In this document: positions 37,269 through 51,619 of the stretch, one piece after another
Position numbering within the stretch: the stretch's first letter is position 1
How the letters are laid out: each line of letters begins with the position of its first letter
Assembly: GCA_030704615.1 (NCBI GenBank)
Contig: CM060731.1
Location: 81,468,001 to 81,532,000, forward strand
Length of the DNA stretch: 64,000 nt
Source: Takakia lepidozioides
Taxonomy: Eukaryota; Plantae; Bryophyta
Direction of reading: 5' to 3'
The notes under the pieces: model-generated
Seen by the model: only the letters and a program-made list of their open reading frames with translations
Told to the model about the DNA's origin: nothing
Databases searched by the model: none
Made by a program: the position numbers and the translations under genes

Positions 37269-37996
37269 ATGAAAGTGGGAACGGCAACTTCCATTGGACT
37301 TATCGTTTCGCTCCAGCTTTTGGTGTTAGTGATAGTGATTTGTAGGTGGGCCAGCTACTTCTTTGGCCTCAAATCATCTGATGCTAGAAAAAAATTGTGG
37401 AAGGGCTGGTTCTTCACAATGAAATGGGGAAACTTGTGCTCTGATTGGATCCATATGTCACTGCTGGCACTAGTGGGAAGCTGTCTGATGGAGGCGATGG
37501 GCCATTCGGATTTGCAGCGCTGGCGCTCGGTGTTCATGTTTAATTCAGGAGTAGTCTACTCATATCTGACAGTCTTCTCCTGGTTCTCTTCGGCCCTACG
37601 ACAATGTGCCTACTGCTGGCAGCTACCGTTGTCGAAGGACCCAGCTTCTGGAGAGACACCCTTGAAAGAAGCTCAACAAACTCTGACCAGAATTTCTGAT
37701 GACTGGCGGTGGCAGAGAGTGTTTGGACAAACAGCAGTTTAGTTTTGATGGGCACGTATCTCACTTTCGTAGATGATGATTCAGGCTCTGGCATGGATAA
37801 TGTGGCATCTATCGTGCTCGCAGCTCTTGTAGTTGCTTGCATCTGGTCTGGGGCAGTGGCCTGTGTGGTGGGTAGCCGAGCTATCATGCACATGATTCTC
37901 ATATCTGTTGCGGGTAAGAATCGTCAAGATGCGGCCTCCGTCAGCACAGATTTGCAGGCTGAGCATCACGGTGCAGGCCAGTTTATCTATCAATAA
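37269..37996 (+). CDS. Unknown multi-pass membrane protein, one frameshift near 37740
   Basis: ATG-initiated 157 aa ORF with hydrophobic segments, continued by a second hydrophobic frame (37709-37996). No family recognised. Confidence 0.45.
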
Positions 37997-40900
37997 GTTC
38001 GGCGTGCTCGACCACCATACAGAAACGCACGGCCACTCCAGACAGAGGCAGTGAACATCCCTATTGTTGCACACTTTGCATCACCCTCCATACTTTCAGA
38101 ACAGCGCACAGATGCTGCAAGTGAAGTGATGAGTCTGGCCCGACTCAGAACTCACTAATAATTCTAGTGCACAACAGGTATGACATAATGTTGAAATTGA
38201 CATCACTGAAGTTGTAAGATATTGGGAAATGCGTATTTCCCAATATTTCTACTCATGTCAATTGAACTGACCATCAACTGAGCATCACGGTCTACTTGCA
38301 TGCCAAATCCTTTCCCGCTATTTTGCATTACCTCTCTGCGCATCTTGTTTTCGAAAGAAGGCATGGCTGTGGTTGCGGTGACTTGTGACGATCAAATTCA
38401 GACTTCTCTTGGCTTCGAGCGAGTGTCAAACTTTCCACGTCCCATCAACCTTCGCCGGCATCTCTTCAGCCTCTGCCTACCTCTTTCAGTACCTCTTCAA
38501 GATGAGAGGGAGCAGTCCAAGGCCAGTCAGAAGGTACCGATGGATCGCCATGCCTTCATCAAATTAAGGCAAGTTGCATAATTCCAAGTGTGTCACAGGT
38601 CAAATGGGGGATTGTCCCTAAGTTATTGGCACCTAACTAAACCAAGCCCCTCTCAGTGTTAATAGATCATAGTCAGTTTAGTATCTCAATGTTACCACTC
38701 CAGATTAATTGCAAGTCCCTGATAAGTGAATCCAAGTCTTTTGAATTTGAATTTTCTTCCAAGTAGATGATTCACATCAGGTTAGCTCAAGAGACACACC
38801 AGTTTTATGTCTTGAAGCCATAACTACCGGCTGCACCAGCAACCACCCAGGTTAATATATTCCAAATAGTATTAAAATTATAAATGTGCCCAGCAAGGGC
38901 GCTTTATGTACACTCTTCAAATGATGCTTTCTAAACATTGATGTACAGTTGGATTATGTATGGTTTCTGGACAGAGGGAAGCATCATAGCACCCATTACA
39001 AGGTAATATCACTGTCACGCGCCTCACCAACACCAGGCTCTTTCCGCTCAGCTATTTTCTGGAGAGGAACACAGCCCACCCCACACCATCTTAGAGCTCG
39101 GGAACTACCGCAAACTATGTTAGTTTCTCCACATGTTATTAGAGCATCAGGTGAATGAAGCCAATGCTGATACATAGAAAATGGTGAAACGGAGTCTGCT
39201 CAACACACCTGCTTCAATGCTTCAATGTATTTTCCAATTTGCAATACGCCATTCAAACACAGGTAGTTTTGCAAGAGACCAGACATAGCTGGGGCACATA
39301 AAGAATCTCAGAAAGCTCATAACTTCAAGCCATTTCTAAATTCGGTCATCCCAGCAGTCCTAAGATGGCCCCGTACTTTATGAGTATAACATACAACAAT
39401 AGAAATCATCATATTTTAATAATCCTTAGAGGATGACCGACTTGAAGAGGGGGGTTCAGTATCTGCATGTCGTACCAAAAACAAACCAGGATGCAAAGCA
39501 TATGCTTTTTCAAACCACAATAGAGCGGAGTCCAGATCTTTGAGGGTGGCGTAGCACAGGCCTAGACCTACAAGCACAACATCATTCTAGTCGATAACCG
39601 AAACAAACCCCTACCTCCACTGAAACTTAGTGAGCAGATGAGAGGGAGCAAGTCGTGCAAATAGAGGGTAAGATAAGAACATTTGGCAACATAATTTTGA
39701 AATGGACCAAGGATGGCATTCTAACTGAATAGGAAGGGAATAGTTGATCTACTACTGAGAGCCCCAAAGTGGTATGGGTTCAAATCAAGTGTGCTCTGAC
39801 AGTCTTGTATAGCACTCTCATACTCCTGTACCAGAATACACACTTCACCAATATCATGTAAAGCAGCCCTAAGTTTGGTAGACAACAGCTAGCAACATGC
39901 ATCCTAAGGCGTTCTTAAGAAAATCATGAAAAATGGCTCATGCAAAATTCGAAACACTAGGATCAATTTCACATACTTTTCCATATCCCATGCAAAGCAA
40001 CACAATAGCATATGAACCCATCATCCTCACTGCAAGGGGCTACAGGCCCTTCCACAATTGTCCAAAGACCATAACTTGTGCTCAATCCTGCCTTGCCCTT
40101 CAAAGACATCCAAAAAGAAAGGGAAAGAACTGAGACTTCAGAAGGGAAAATGGGCTTGCCTGCAGGAGATAGTGAACTGTAGCACGTTTGTTGTATCCCT
40201 CTGCAAACGAGGGTGTCATTTGTATGATCTGCAAATTCAAAGCGTCAATTTTGGAAAAACAGAGCTTGCCACAAAAGCTTTAGAAGGTGCAACGTATTTC
40301 TGAACCCATTACCTCATCTGTACAAAATTCATTCTTTCAGACCAAAACAGGTACACACTTTGTGGGTCAGGGTTTGCAAAACTCAAAGTGATACAAAGCT
40401 CAGAACAGGTTGTCTTTCCGCCCACAGAAAGAAAATGCATGTAGGTTGCACGTTCACACCCATGCAAGTTCACGCATTACACAACAAGCCAAACCTGAAC
40501 TTTCTAAAATGAGATGTACGCATGCAAAAGCAAGACAAACTTGAGCTCAACTAAAGTCACGCGATCAAATAAAGAAAAATGAGTTAATGTGCGCCAGAGA
40601 CCCAAAGAAACCAATGGACAAAGAACAGAAACAGAATCAAAGAATTGCTGACGAGTCATAGTAAAAGACAGACCTCCGAGAAAATCGTTTTGGCTGAATC
40701 ATATCCTCCCTTAGAGACCAATAGGCAACCCCTTCCTGTCCAGATTCTCTAAAATTTGTCAATGCTGCCATGTCCTTGCTCAGGCATGGACAATATGATG
40801 ATCGTATTAACTGATCTCATAACCAAGTTTATGAACACCTGTCACCAAAACAACCTAAGAAAGCAATCTTGGTTGCAGAAAGACAAGAGAGGAGGGGTGC

Positions 40901-41724
40901 AGACCAACAAACTTAATACAAACTTGCTACAGACTTTCTATATCTGCAATCACAGAGAAGTGTGATCAAGAAGAAGAAGGCAGATATGTAATCAGCTTTA
41001 CTTTTACATTTTCCAACTGCAAGTGTTCATTCAACTACTGACCCTGCTAACGTCCAACACGATACAATTTGTCCCCAAGGGCAGATGTGTGATATACCTT
41101 GATTCATCTATGACACTTAGAATATTCACGAGTTCCTACATCACGAACACATTAAATAAACTGATCACGGTTCTGTGAAGAAAAATGCAGGCATTTATAA
41201 CAGACTTCAAACACCATAGCAATGGTCTGGTGTTCACAAAGGGCAACTACAAAATTTCAAATGACAGCAATGTCAAGAAATGTCAGGGATTGAGATGCGC
41301 AACCTTGCCTACAAAGTTTCATAGTCAGAGGAATCCACCATGTATGGGAAAGTTACTGAAAGAAACAGACAGAAATAGGCAATTGTACCTGAAGCCGCTG
41401 GTCAACGTCTTCGCTCCCAGATCGCATGAATATTTTCCACATTGCCTTTTACCAACCAAAAACACAACGACTTGAGATTAACTGCATCGCTGAAGCTATA
41501 TTCAAGACAATGTGGATCAGCTCAGGGTCCACACGAAGTTTGTTGGACATGCACACAAGGAGGATTTGGAGTGTCTCCTTGAAGGAAAATAGGCCACATT
41601 TCCTCATTAAGACACCTAAATTAACACTTAAGAGGAAACTGTGCCAAGAGGAAATGTTTTTTCACTTTTCCTCATCCTTAAAAAGGGAAAAAATACGTTC
41701 ACATCTCACAGGATATAAATAAGT

Positions 41725-42165
41725 GTTTTCCACCTATCATTGGAGGTGAAAGACAACCTATAGCCTCATGTGGTAGTGGAAATGTAGGGTATTTTTGACG
41801 TTTCAGAAATGAAACAATGATCATTTAACCACATGACAAAAGTGGAAACAAGGGCCAAATTGCCCATCATCAACACCAAAGAATTTGGATATGTTATTAG
41901 CTTTTCCACCTATCATTGGAGGTGAAAGACAGCCTATTGCCTCATGTGGTAGTGGAAATGTACAGGGTGTTTTTGTTGTTTTAAAAAGGAAACATTGATC
42001 ATTTAACCACATGACAAAAGTGGAAACAAGGGCCAAATTGCCCATCATCAACACCAAAGAATTTGGATATGTTATTAGCTTTTCCACCTATCATTGGAGG
42101 TGAAAGACGTAGTGGAAATGTACAGGGTGTTTTTGTTGTTTTAAAAAGGAAACATTGACCAGTCA
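41725..42165. repeat. ~178 bp tandem repeat, about 2.5 copies
   Basis: ttttccacctatcattggaggtgaaagac recurs at ~41725, 41902 and 42080. Confidence 0.9.
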
Positions 42166-42699
42166 ACCACATTCTGACTTCTCAATTAGTTGTTGAGCTC
42201 TATCAGTCAAACTAACCCCAATATAAAATGCTGCAATAAGATTTCCCACCCTAGGCTACATCAATTTGAGCCTAGGATCACCACCTCGTGTGGCAACAGT
42301 GCCTTAACCCCTGGGTGATCCCTTGGAAGCAACAAAATAACACAACACTTCCTTCTGCTATTGTGCATTCTGGGAGCAAAAAAGTGTAACACTTGGTATA
42401 TTTAAGAGGGCAGGAGAACGTCATCCTTACATCTGACTGGTAAATCAATGGAAAAAGATAGCCGATGTCCCAGGCAACTTCTTGAATAGTGTTGATCAGG
42501 CTGGCCCATTGACTCCCCTAGAGTGGGTACAGCCCCACTGAGTTTTTGACATCTTTCTAGAATGGTAACAGAAAGATTCATCCAAGAAAAAGTTGTAGCC
42601 AAGAACCTAATCTTTAAAGAAAAACCTAACAATGGTAAGGAACATAACATGGCACCCTAAGGGAAACAAAAAACCATAGACCTAAATTCAGCACTACCT

Positions 42700-42815
42700 T
42701 GCTTTGAATTAGATAGTGCCAACGTTTGGAGATAGCTTGGAGTAACCCATGGTAGCCGTGTGAAGTTTTGGCTAAGCATTGCAGTGCCAAATCGTCAGGA
42801 AGCCCAAGGGATGAG
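42700..42815 (-). pseudogene. F-box domain fragment of an F-box/kelch-repeat protein
   Basis: GLPDDLALQCLAKTSHGYHGLLQAISKRWHYLIQS matches the plant F-box/kelch N-terminus. Confidence 0.8.
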
Positions 42816-43131
42816 AGCTTTCTCTGGATCTCCCTCTCTTTCGTCACTATCAAGCAAACACAGTTCCATGTACTTATGAGAGCCTTAGAACCATGCATGA
42901 TAGCAATACAAACGCAGCTAAGGCACCAATATCTAAATCTGCAACATTGCAAGTAGCCACATCTGAAGACTACATGTAGTCAACCTCATCTTGTGGCATC
43001 TATTGCTGATAAAGTTCCCCTAGGCAAGCAGTCATAGCAGTCGAAGCGATAGAGAAGGGACAAGCATACTAAGTAACAAAACATAATCTTCACTTCTAGA
43101 AATTATCATTCAGTGTTGGTTTGGTGCCCAG

Positions 43132-43800
43132 GTGAATATAGGGTCAGGTGTAGGCATTTTGCGTGTCGACTCTGCTGACAAGTTTGAGCGTGTTGGTGGA
43201 ACCAGTCTTGATGGAAGGTCTAACCTCTTCCTAGCCTTCTCCTCCAATCTTTACTGTTGGTCTCTTCGGTGACATGTTGGCAAATCCACAAGCGATTTTA
43301 AAGACATTCCATTTAGTAGAAAGTCAACCAGTTCTGTAGCCTCCTCAAACATGTATGTGCTCAATATCCAGCATCATAGAGGCTTGTGTCAGTGGGGTCC
43401 ACCTAGCAGCTCACTTTATGAAGGCCTAGTTTTAAATGCTACTAAGAGAAACATTCTGGTTACTTGTGTGCTGCAGCACTTTTCTTGGGCTCACATCAGC
43501 TCTCACAGGCTGCACCAGGTGAGTTGTACCAAAGAGCCTATTGGCAAGGATTTATGCTCTGCATCCTCACTTTGATGTGGTTTGTAGGAAAGTGTTTGTG
43601 TTACGCCTTCTATGGTTGCATGCCTAAAGCAAAAGGTTTTAGGGCCAGTCTTGTCTGGATCTGTGGACAGCTTTTTATGCAATCAAGACGACATTACTAA
43701 ATGGTTCTCTTTGTCTTGCTGCAGTTTTGAGCAGGCAATCGGATTGGCAATACAGGGAGATTCCACCCAAATTGATATGCTTGTTGGGGATATCTATGGT
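43132..43800 (+). pseudogene. Type II (fumble) pantothenate kinase exon fragments (43132-~43210, 43725-~43800)
   Basis: VNIGSGVGILRVDSADKFERVGGTSL and FEQAIGLAIQGDSTQIDMLVGDIYG, each after an AG acceptor; both break off. Confidence 0.85.
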
Positions 43801-44202
43801 AACTAAAGCAACCTTTACCCTACTTATAGGTTTGAAGATGCTACAACAGAGGTCTGACTCAAGATTTTGAGTTTGACATCATCATAAGCACTCCTGCTAC
43901 ACCTAGAGGTCCGACCTCAGCCTTCATTGTAAGCTGCATCACATGCAGGACTGCAAGGTTATTGATTATCTAAGTGATCATGAGAGCAATTCTGACAACC
44001 ACACCCAAAATTCATGTTGGTACTGGTAGTTGCCTGGGTACTTTGTTCCAGATAAACCTATGCGACAAGTGCCTTACAAAGTATTTGTGTGGGGATGAGG
44101 TATCCAGGGGGTGATTACACGGAGATTGGCCTTGCTGCAACGACAGTTGCCAGTTCTTTTGGCCAGGTAGTTTCTGAACCCTTTCTGCGGGGGCTGCTAT
44201 TT

Positions 44203-47200
44203 CATGAGCGGCATGAGCATGAGCGGACCATTGTGTGTCCACGGAAATAGGGTTAGGAGGCACGGAAATAGGGTCATGTGAAGTTGGAATGTGGCACCAG
44301 TGGACTCGTCATAGCAATGAAATGCAACATTTTATTGCAAATTTTGTGGCAAGCCACATCTATACAAGTGTGTCCTAACTGTCATAGCCGGAATGGGCAC
44401 TACTCTCCTACACCCTCCGAGGAACTTGCCCCACCTTCCTCCTCATCCCCCTCATCCCCCCCATCCTCCGAGCTCTGTGATGCATCAGTTCCTGGTTGAA
44501 GGGTATATGTTAAAATGAAGGGTATATCTAATCAAGGTATATAAGGCTTAGGCATTAGGATATAATTGAGCCGCCATTCATAAATGTAGCTATGCTAAGG
44601 ATAGCCACCTTCGACATAGGAAATCGTTCCTTCTCGATTTTATATTCTAGTATTCTCTATTTCTCCTTCATGTCGACGGTTCTGCATCTAGTTACGCATA
44701 GATGTTAGCATGATCTTCACTTCACGAGTATGGATACTCAGAACGAGTATCTCATTGGCAATACGATTCGTGGGCAACAAATGGATGGCCACTTTCTTGA
44801 CATAGAAGAAACTCCTGATATCGAGCACGACCTTGACATTGGGCCTTCAAGTGTTTCTCGACATGACAATCATATACCGGTTTTATGTGAAGGGTCGATG
44901 ACATGTAGGAGCGAGACACAGAGGAGTCAGTTGCAAAAGAGGCAAGAGTATGTCGGGAGCTGGAAGCCTTAACAGAGCAGGCAAAATGTTGGGTGTTGTA
45001 TGGTCAAAAATCTCCACCGTGGGCATTTTTTATGACAAACAGTGAAGAGGCAGTTTCATTGGGCAGTGAGCAGATTCTCCGTTGCATTCTATGTCATAGC
45101 AATGCTTGTGGTGCTGAGCGTCTTGTCTTAAAGACCAGAGGTAGAAAAGGTCTCATAAAATACAACAAATTGCATGGCACTAATGCGATGAGGAAGCACA
45201 TTGAAAATGAGCATGTAGAGGTGGCAAGTAGATATCAGGCACTTTGTACTGCTTGTCGTAAGGATCCTTTGGAGCCACACGAGCGAGAGCCCTCTAAAAA
45301 ACGGCAGAAAGTGACACCGGGTGTCATTTCCACATTTTTTGGTAGCACTGTTCTCTACAAGAAAAATGATGAGAAGCAGAAGTCTTTCATGGAGGGATCT
45401 GGTATTGTTTATAGCAAAAGATTATTTTCCCTTATCGAGTGTAGAAAATCTTTGGCTCAGACGTTGTGTTCTACACCGAGACCCACATTGTCTCTTTCCT
45501 TCTCCGAGAATGCTCACGGAAGAGATTTTGCCCACAATGGTTGAAGCTACTGTTGAGAGACATGTACAACCATACTTGGCTGAGTATGTTACTGCCACTG
45601 CCACTTTCGACTTATGGATGAGCAAAGGGGCACAGGACACATTTGCCCTAGTAGTCAATTTTTTTTATTTCAGATTGGGAGCCAAAACATATTACACTAG
45701 GGCTTTTTGAAGCCAGTGATACAACTGGAGTTGGCTTAGCGAGGCAGCTGAGATCATTACTTGTGAGGTTTGGATGTTAAAGATGAAGGCAGCAATCTGT
45801 CCACTATGACTCAAGCTTTGAAATCGGTGATAACTTGTGAAACCTTGGATCAAGCTGTCCCATTTGATGGGGCTTGCTACGGCCATGCCATGAGCAAGGC
45901 ATGTCAATATTCCACCACAGAGGAAAAGGTTTGTGAAGGCCTTGGGCCAATTTCTATCAAGGCAGCCCAGTCATCAATTCAGTCTTGCATTACATGGCCC
46001 AAAAAGTCAGGCAAGAGGCGGCAGGAATAGACAAAAGCGTGCTTGGATTCATCCTTACATCCCCGAAAATTAGTACACCGGTCAAAACTCGTTTTGCTTT
46101 GAAGGTCATCATGTTTCAGCAAGCACTTCAGTTTCGTCAAGCCATCCATCTTTGCTACAAACAATCGCACTACAAGGTCGAATCCCTTCATGTGCAACAT
46201 GGGCAGTTGCACAAGCCATTTACGCAACTTTGTCCCCCGTGGTATCTTTATGTGTGCTGAATCAACGATGTGGCTATTGGCTGTTAAGTGACACATTGGC
46301 TACAACCATAACATTGTGTGTGAAGATGCAAAGTGAGAGGGTGCAAATGGAAGCTTAGGTTCAAGAAGCTTCTTTCTTTGACTTTGATATGAAACTCATG
46401 ATGTTGCAAGTTCGTATGCGTGAGCAAGTTGTAAAGGTCTTGGCTTCATTTTTGTCATTTACAGATATGTATATACCAAGCAAAGCAAACAACATGCTTG
46501 TGCTTATGCTAGATCCTCGATTCAAAGACCTTTCACTCATCGGCAGTTTTGTTGGGAAGGTAAATGCAACTCTAATGGCACAACCATATGACACCCTCCT
46601 CTTATTGCCTTTATTGATTTCAATTATAACAAGAAGAATGGGATAAGTGTGGAGGCATGTGACGTTGAAACATAGGAAATAGACAATGTTGTATTTGGTG
46701 ATAGTCACGATGTATTTGGGGCTGGAATTTCCAAGGAAGACACAGCCTCTGAGCATGTGAGTTCACTATTCCATCAATTAGGTTTTGTGGACGCAAGTGG
46801 TTGTTGTAGAGCCCATTCCTTCAAGATGTCCAGACTCCAGACCTCTATTTTTTTTTTTGTTAGGGTTTCTTTCTTATATCTATTCAAGTTATCTTACTAC
46901 ATTTGTCAATTCTTGCTGGGAGTTATAGGTGTGACAGGAGCTCGCTTGTTTTCGCTACCTCCAAATAGTGCGTAAGTCTTGTGGGAATCCCTTGCAATGG
47001 TGGAAAGCTCATGAAGGGCAATTCCCCACAATGGGATTCTTGGCCCGTCAAGTTCTTGGCATTCCAGGTAGTCAAATTGAAACGGAACGTATTTTTCTCA
47101 ATTGCTGGTATTCTTACTTCACTTTGTAGATGCGGGCTTAGATCACAGAACCTAGACCAGCTGGTTTTGCTCATCAAGAACCTGCCTGACGATCCACGAG

Positions 47201-47440
47201 TAGGTTACGACAGATCTGATATAACATTAGATGATTTCGGTGATGGAGAGGCTGTACTTTTGGACTCATTAGAAGATGAGTTTGAAAGTTTCGCAGAGTC
47301 TATTCTAGAGGACTGTTCCGATGATATGGATATGATGTAATATACAGACCTTAAAGTGCTAGAGCACCAATGGTAAGGGTAAGTTCTTGCTGCACTTTGC
47401 CTCCTAACTCATGATCAGTAGTGTTTTCATGCTCATTTCC
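44203..47440 (+). mobile_element. hAT DNA transposon with decayed transposase (~44990-47340)
   Basis: BED finger (RCILCH...GTNAMRKHIENEH), TATFDLWMS, KDEGSNL, ACYGHAMSKAC, VKTRFA, LDPRFK, and the dimerisation domain WWK.HE.QFP...LARQ.LGIPGSQIE.ER.FSIAG; many frameshifts. Confidence 0.92.
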
Positions 47441-47471
47441 ATAGTATTGTGCTTGCCCATCTGAAACAGTA

Positions 47472-47979
47472 TGTCGTGCACCTAAGCATCGTGCCACAAC
47501 ATACATCGTTGTCCACCACACAATCTAAGCACACAATCCTAGAAAGCTATACCACAATAGATAAGAGATGAGAAATGAGAGAAGTAGAAGACAATGAAAG
47601 CTCTCAAAGCATGAAGCAATCACATGAAGAACAAGCCCTAGTCCTTCCAAGTGAAATCCACTCTATCACATAAACTAAGTCAAGCCAAGGGCACCTTTGC
47701 TAAAGGAATCCACCCTACAAAGCCCTCAACACACTCCCTCTCAATACCTAGAGCTATGGAGGTGAGAGAAGCTCATGGAGGCTCAACTACAAGAAGATGA
47801 GCCTCCTCAACACTCACAAGGGGAAAACCTATCTCCATGTCTCAAGTGAGGCTCGACACCTCACTTGGCATGTGAGACCAAATGAAGTCCCAACACACAA
47901 AATATAAATATAAATATCTAAAATGTCCTAGTTAACTAGAAGTAGGTAATTCTAGATAACCATGACTAAAACCATGACA
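47472..47979. mobile_element. Solo LTR
   Basis: TGTCGTG...CATGACA inverted termini, flanked on both sides by AGTA (47468-47471 and 47980-47983). Confidence 0.7.
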
Positions 47980-49804
47980 AGTATGTGTAGTGTACGGTAC
48001 TTTAATGCAAATACTTTTCATGTTTCTGGCCAATTTCCAGGTCTTTGTAGTCTTACAACATTAAGGAAATCATAACCTTGCTGGCATCTTTTTCTGAAGC
48101 TACGTGTTTAGTCAATACAGGGAAGTGAGAGACCAGGCCAACTTGCTTACATCTCGAATAATGGTCAGCACAGGGGCCTTTGAAAGTAAATTTCGTGAAG
48201 TCATGGTCTGGCTGGATCTTATCCGCTGGTGGGTGGGTGTAATTGATAACAATGATACCCCTATGAACGGCACCCTTACGGGTCCCCTAAAATGGATTGT
48301 GGAATTTATTTCCGAGGTAATAGTGGTTGTGTGCAGGAATCTGTACAAGTACTTGGACCAATTGCAGTCCCTTCTTGCTGCAGCCACTCTGGAGGAGGGC
48401 TCCTCTGGGCAGGGTAAGTTAATCAGTAGGTGAGCTCATGGCGCATGTTTATCTATGCTTTTGCAAAATTGAAGGGGTAGAATCATTAGTCAAGAAGGGG
48501 CATCATTCTTTCAGGGGTGGTGAGCATCCCCACGCATGTACGCACAAGGGAATTGTGGTTATGGAATCATACTCCATCAGCCAAATTACTTCTTCTAAGG
48601 CACTTCCCATTCAAACTTCAAGGGAGAGGAAAACTTTCAGCTTTTTTTGTTCTTTCACTCAAGCTGATCTAGGGTTCTTTTTTATTTCCATCTGTCTGCT
48701 ATCTTGTGGGACATGCCTACGGGCTTCTTCTTTGAGATGCAATGTAGTTCGTAAGTTAGCTATTCACATGTGAAATGAAGGCCAAATGCAAATTGCCCAA
48801 ACTGCAGGTCATAACGTTGGAATTGAGGTCTGCCACCTCAAGTTGGACATAGATGTGGCTGCTTCCCTTTGTGCACATAGATGATATTTTCGACCTATGG
48901 AACATTCTCTTCCAGGTGTTATGGCTCCAGAGTCTGGGCCTTTTATAGTGCGTGTTTTGGAGCACACCCTCCAAGCATTACACACAGATTCGAAGGGCCT
49001 GAAGTTGTCTCAAAGAGCAGAGATTTCAGTTTTATGTTGCGGGTGTACTCGTACCAGGACCAGCATATTTAAGTTGGACTTGGTTACCACTGTCACCATA
49101 GAAGATATTCATCAATTGTATTTTGAAACTTTCTCACATGTATCTGAAGTTCCACCACTTTTTATGAGGTCAGATGAAACGTCTTCCTCAAGATCTGTTG
49201 TGGTTGCAATTTGATCTTCTCCTTTCCTGATTTCATGAGGGATTAGATGACCTGGTTTTGCTGAGAACCAGCTCCATCAGCTTTGCTCCCAGGTTGAGAT
49301 AAGGCATGGCTTGGGCACAAGCCCAAGGAAATATTCCTGCCATAATTTCCCAGACGGGAGCTGCTTACTATAGATGTGAGGCAATGTGAGGTAGGCTTTG
49401 TCATGAGCATAGATCTCTTTTCCCCTTCCAGTGGCACTCCTAGACTAGCACACGCCTTGAGAATGGAATGAATGTAACGACCTACGTAGTACGCAGGTAT
49501 TACCACACAATGTTAGATGTGGTATTTGCACATTATGTGATAAAGGTGTTGGATATTATTTTTCATATGTCTTTTTTGTTGTGTGGTTAGAGAGCCTTGA
49601 GCTATAAGAGAAAACCATATTAGACCCCATGTACCTAGAAGACAACGATTGAGGGATGATTTTGAAGGAAAGTCTATAATAACCTTCATCTATCAGACAG
49701 AAGGCGATTAGGAGGTACAAGAGAGTTCTTAATTTTGATTGAGGTAATTGGAAGGTAAAGTTCTGAAAGACGCCCAATAAGTGTTTACCACTACGACTAA
49801 ACCA

Positions 49805-50180
49805 ACTGTGGTCTCATGGAACGCCATGATTGCAGGGTATGCTCAGCATGGATGTGGTATGGAGGCACTGTCAGCCCAGGAAAGAGGCAAAGAGGTTCAT
49901 GCTGACATCCTCAAGGCTGGTATCATTTTGTCCACACAGCTCTTGTGACATGTATGCCAAATGTGGGAGCATGGTAGATGCACGTCAAGTGTTTGACACT
50001 ATGGCTAAGCAGGATAGGGTCTGTTGGAATGCGATGATTGCAGGATATTGTCAGGTAGGGAGGTTTTGAAATGTATGAGCAAATGTCGATACATGAAGGG
50101 GTGATACCCAACAAGGTCACATTCACTTGCGCTCTCAATGCATGTGTCAGTTTGGCAGCCCTGGAAGAAGACAAAGAGGT
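49805..50180 (+). pseudogene. PLS-class PPR fragment
   Basis: VVSWNAMIAGYAQHG; DMYAKCGSMVDARQVFDTMAKQDRVCWNAMIAGYCQ; PNKVTFTCALNAC. Confidence 0.85.
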
Positions 50181-51619
50181 ATTTTGATATTTTTCTTGAA
50201 CATTGGTATTGTTGAAAGCATGACAAGTAAAATAATTCTCAAAGATCCATTATATTGCAGCCATTTTTCATGATGAGGGACCTAAAAGTATCATTTAACT
50301 CTTCTCTTTTTTCTCTTTCTTTCTCTCATCCCAGTGAATGATTTTATACTAGCATCATTTTCAAATGAAATTCTAGGCCAGATTTCTTTCTCGATAACCT
50401 TGTCTAGTTTGAGGGGAAGCGCCTCAGCCTCAGACTGATTATGTTTAACATATTTTCTGATTTGAGGGCTGAGGGGAGGAACCCGGGAGGAAAGCTTGGA
50501 TTTCTTTGTTGACAGTTGTTTGCAGATGCTCTTCTCGAAGACGAACAAAGTTTTTTCAAACCTTCGACCTCTCCTGGCCAAGGGCAAAATTTTCTGCACC
50601 CGCATCTCATATTCACGGATCACCTGGCACGACCAACTATCCACAAAAGGTTTAAGGTCTGCTTAATTGTTGTTGTTTGACAAGCACACCTATTGGTGAT
50701 TATCATCATGTGCAGCTCATAGAAAGTGGTCACAGCTGCATTCAGAAAGAGCTAAATGCCTTCCTGTTGCATGTGTTCAAATAGTTGCAGGGCCACCCTA
50801 CCACACCCATGCTAAGCAATCTTGCGATCATCATACTCCATGAGACAACGTTTCATTGATGCATCTTATCAAACCCATGACACACATAATTCATGTCCAG
50901 AGGGCAAATTATTTGACTCCATTTACAACCACTTGTGCAACATCAAGATGTCTCTCAATCAAGACAAACGTCCAATACACAACCATCGTTTTCATTGGGG
51001 ATTGGTACACAAAGCACAAAGATGAGAGATTATATTGGGATGCATTCACCGAGAAGTACAGAGTTTGCATGTGGTGAATTATAACAATAATGGTACTCGT
51101 TTCTGACGAATGGATGGTGTACAAGAAACTCCTAAAATCTCGGATAGCCAAACACCGATTGGTTTGGGTGAATGGTACTATGAGTCGGTAACAATAGAAG
51201 AACATGTGATGGAAATGCAAGCACACACAAAGCAAACAGACGATGACATTGTGCATACTAGTGAGTTGACAGAGAGTAGAGACTCAGCGTGGCTTCGTTG
51301 CAAGTGGACAACAATTTGATCGAGTCAGATCCATTTTACATTCCAGCTGGTGTTACATGGGCCCATCCATCTGGTGAGAAAACGGAAATGAACCCTGTGG
51401 ATCTGGTTTCTACTACAATACGAATGGACGGCGTTTTCAGCAAGAGCTCAATATTTTTGTTACTAAATGAGAGATAGACTGCTATGGTACACATTGAGCA
51501 GGAATGCGTTGGAGTCATTTTTCGGATGAGGAGTATATTGAGTGGATGTCCAAGTTACCAAATCTTATTCTACAATGGGGTTATAAGCCGGGAATGCCGT
51601 GCATTACTTAGCTCTAAGA

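Noticed and set aside
38300-39360. Possible GINS-like and TPR-like exon fragments on the minus strand
   Set aside because: The similarity is too short and broken to support a call.
48100-51600. Additional decayed coding-like stretches
   Set aside because: No recognisable motifs apart from the PPR piece.
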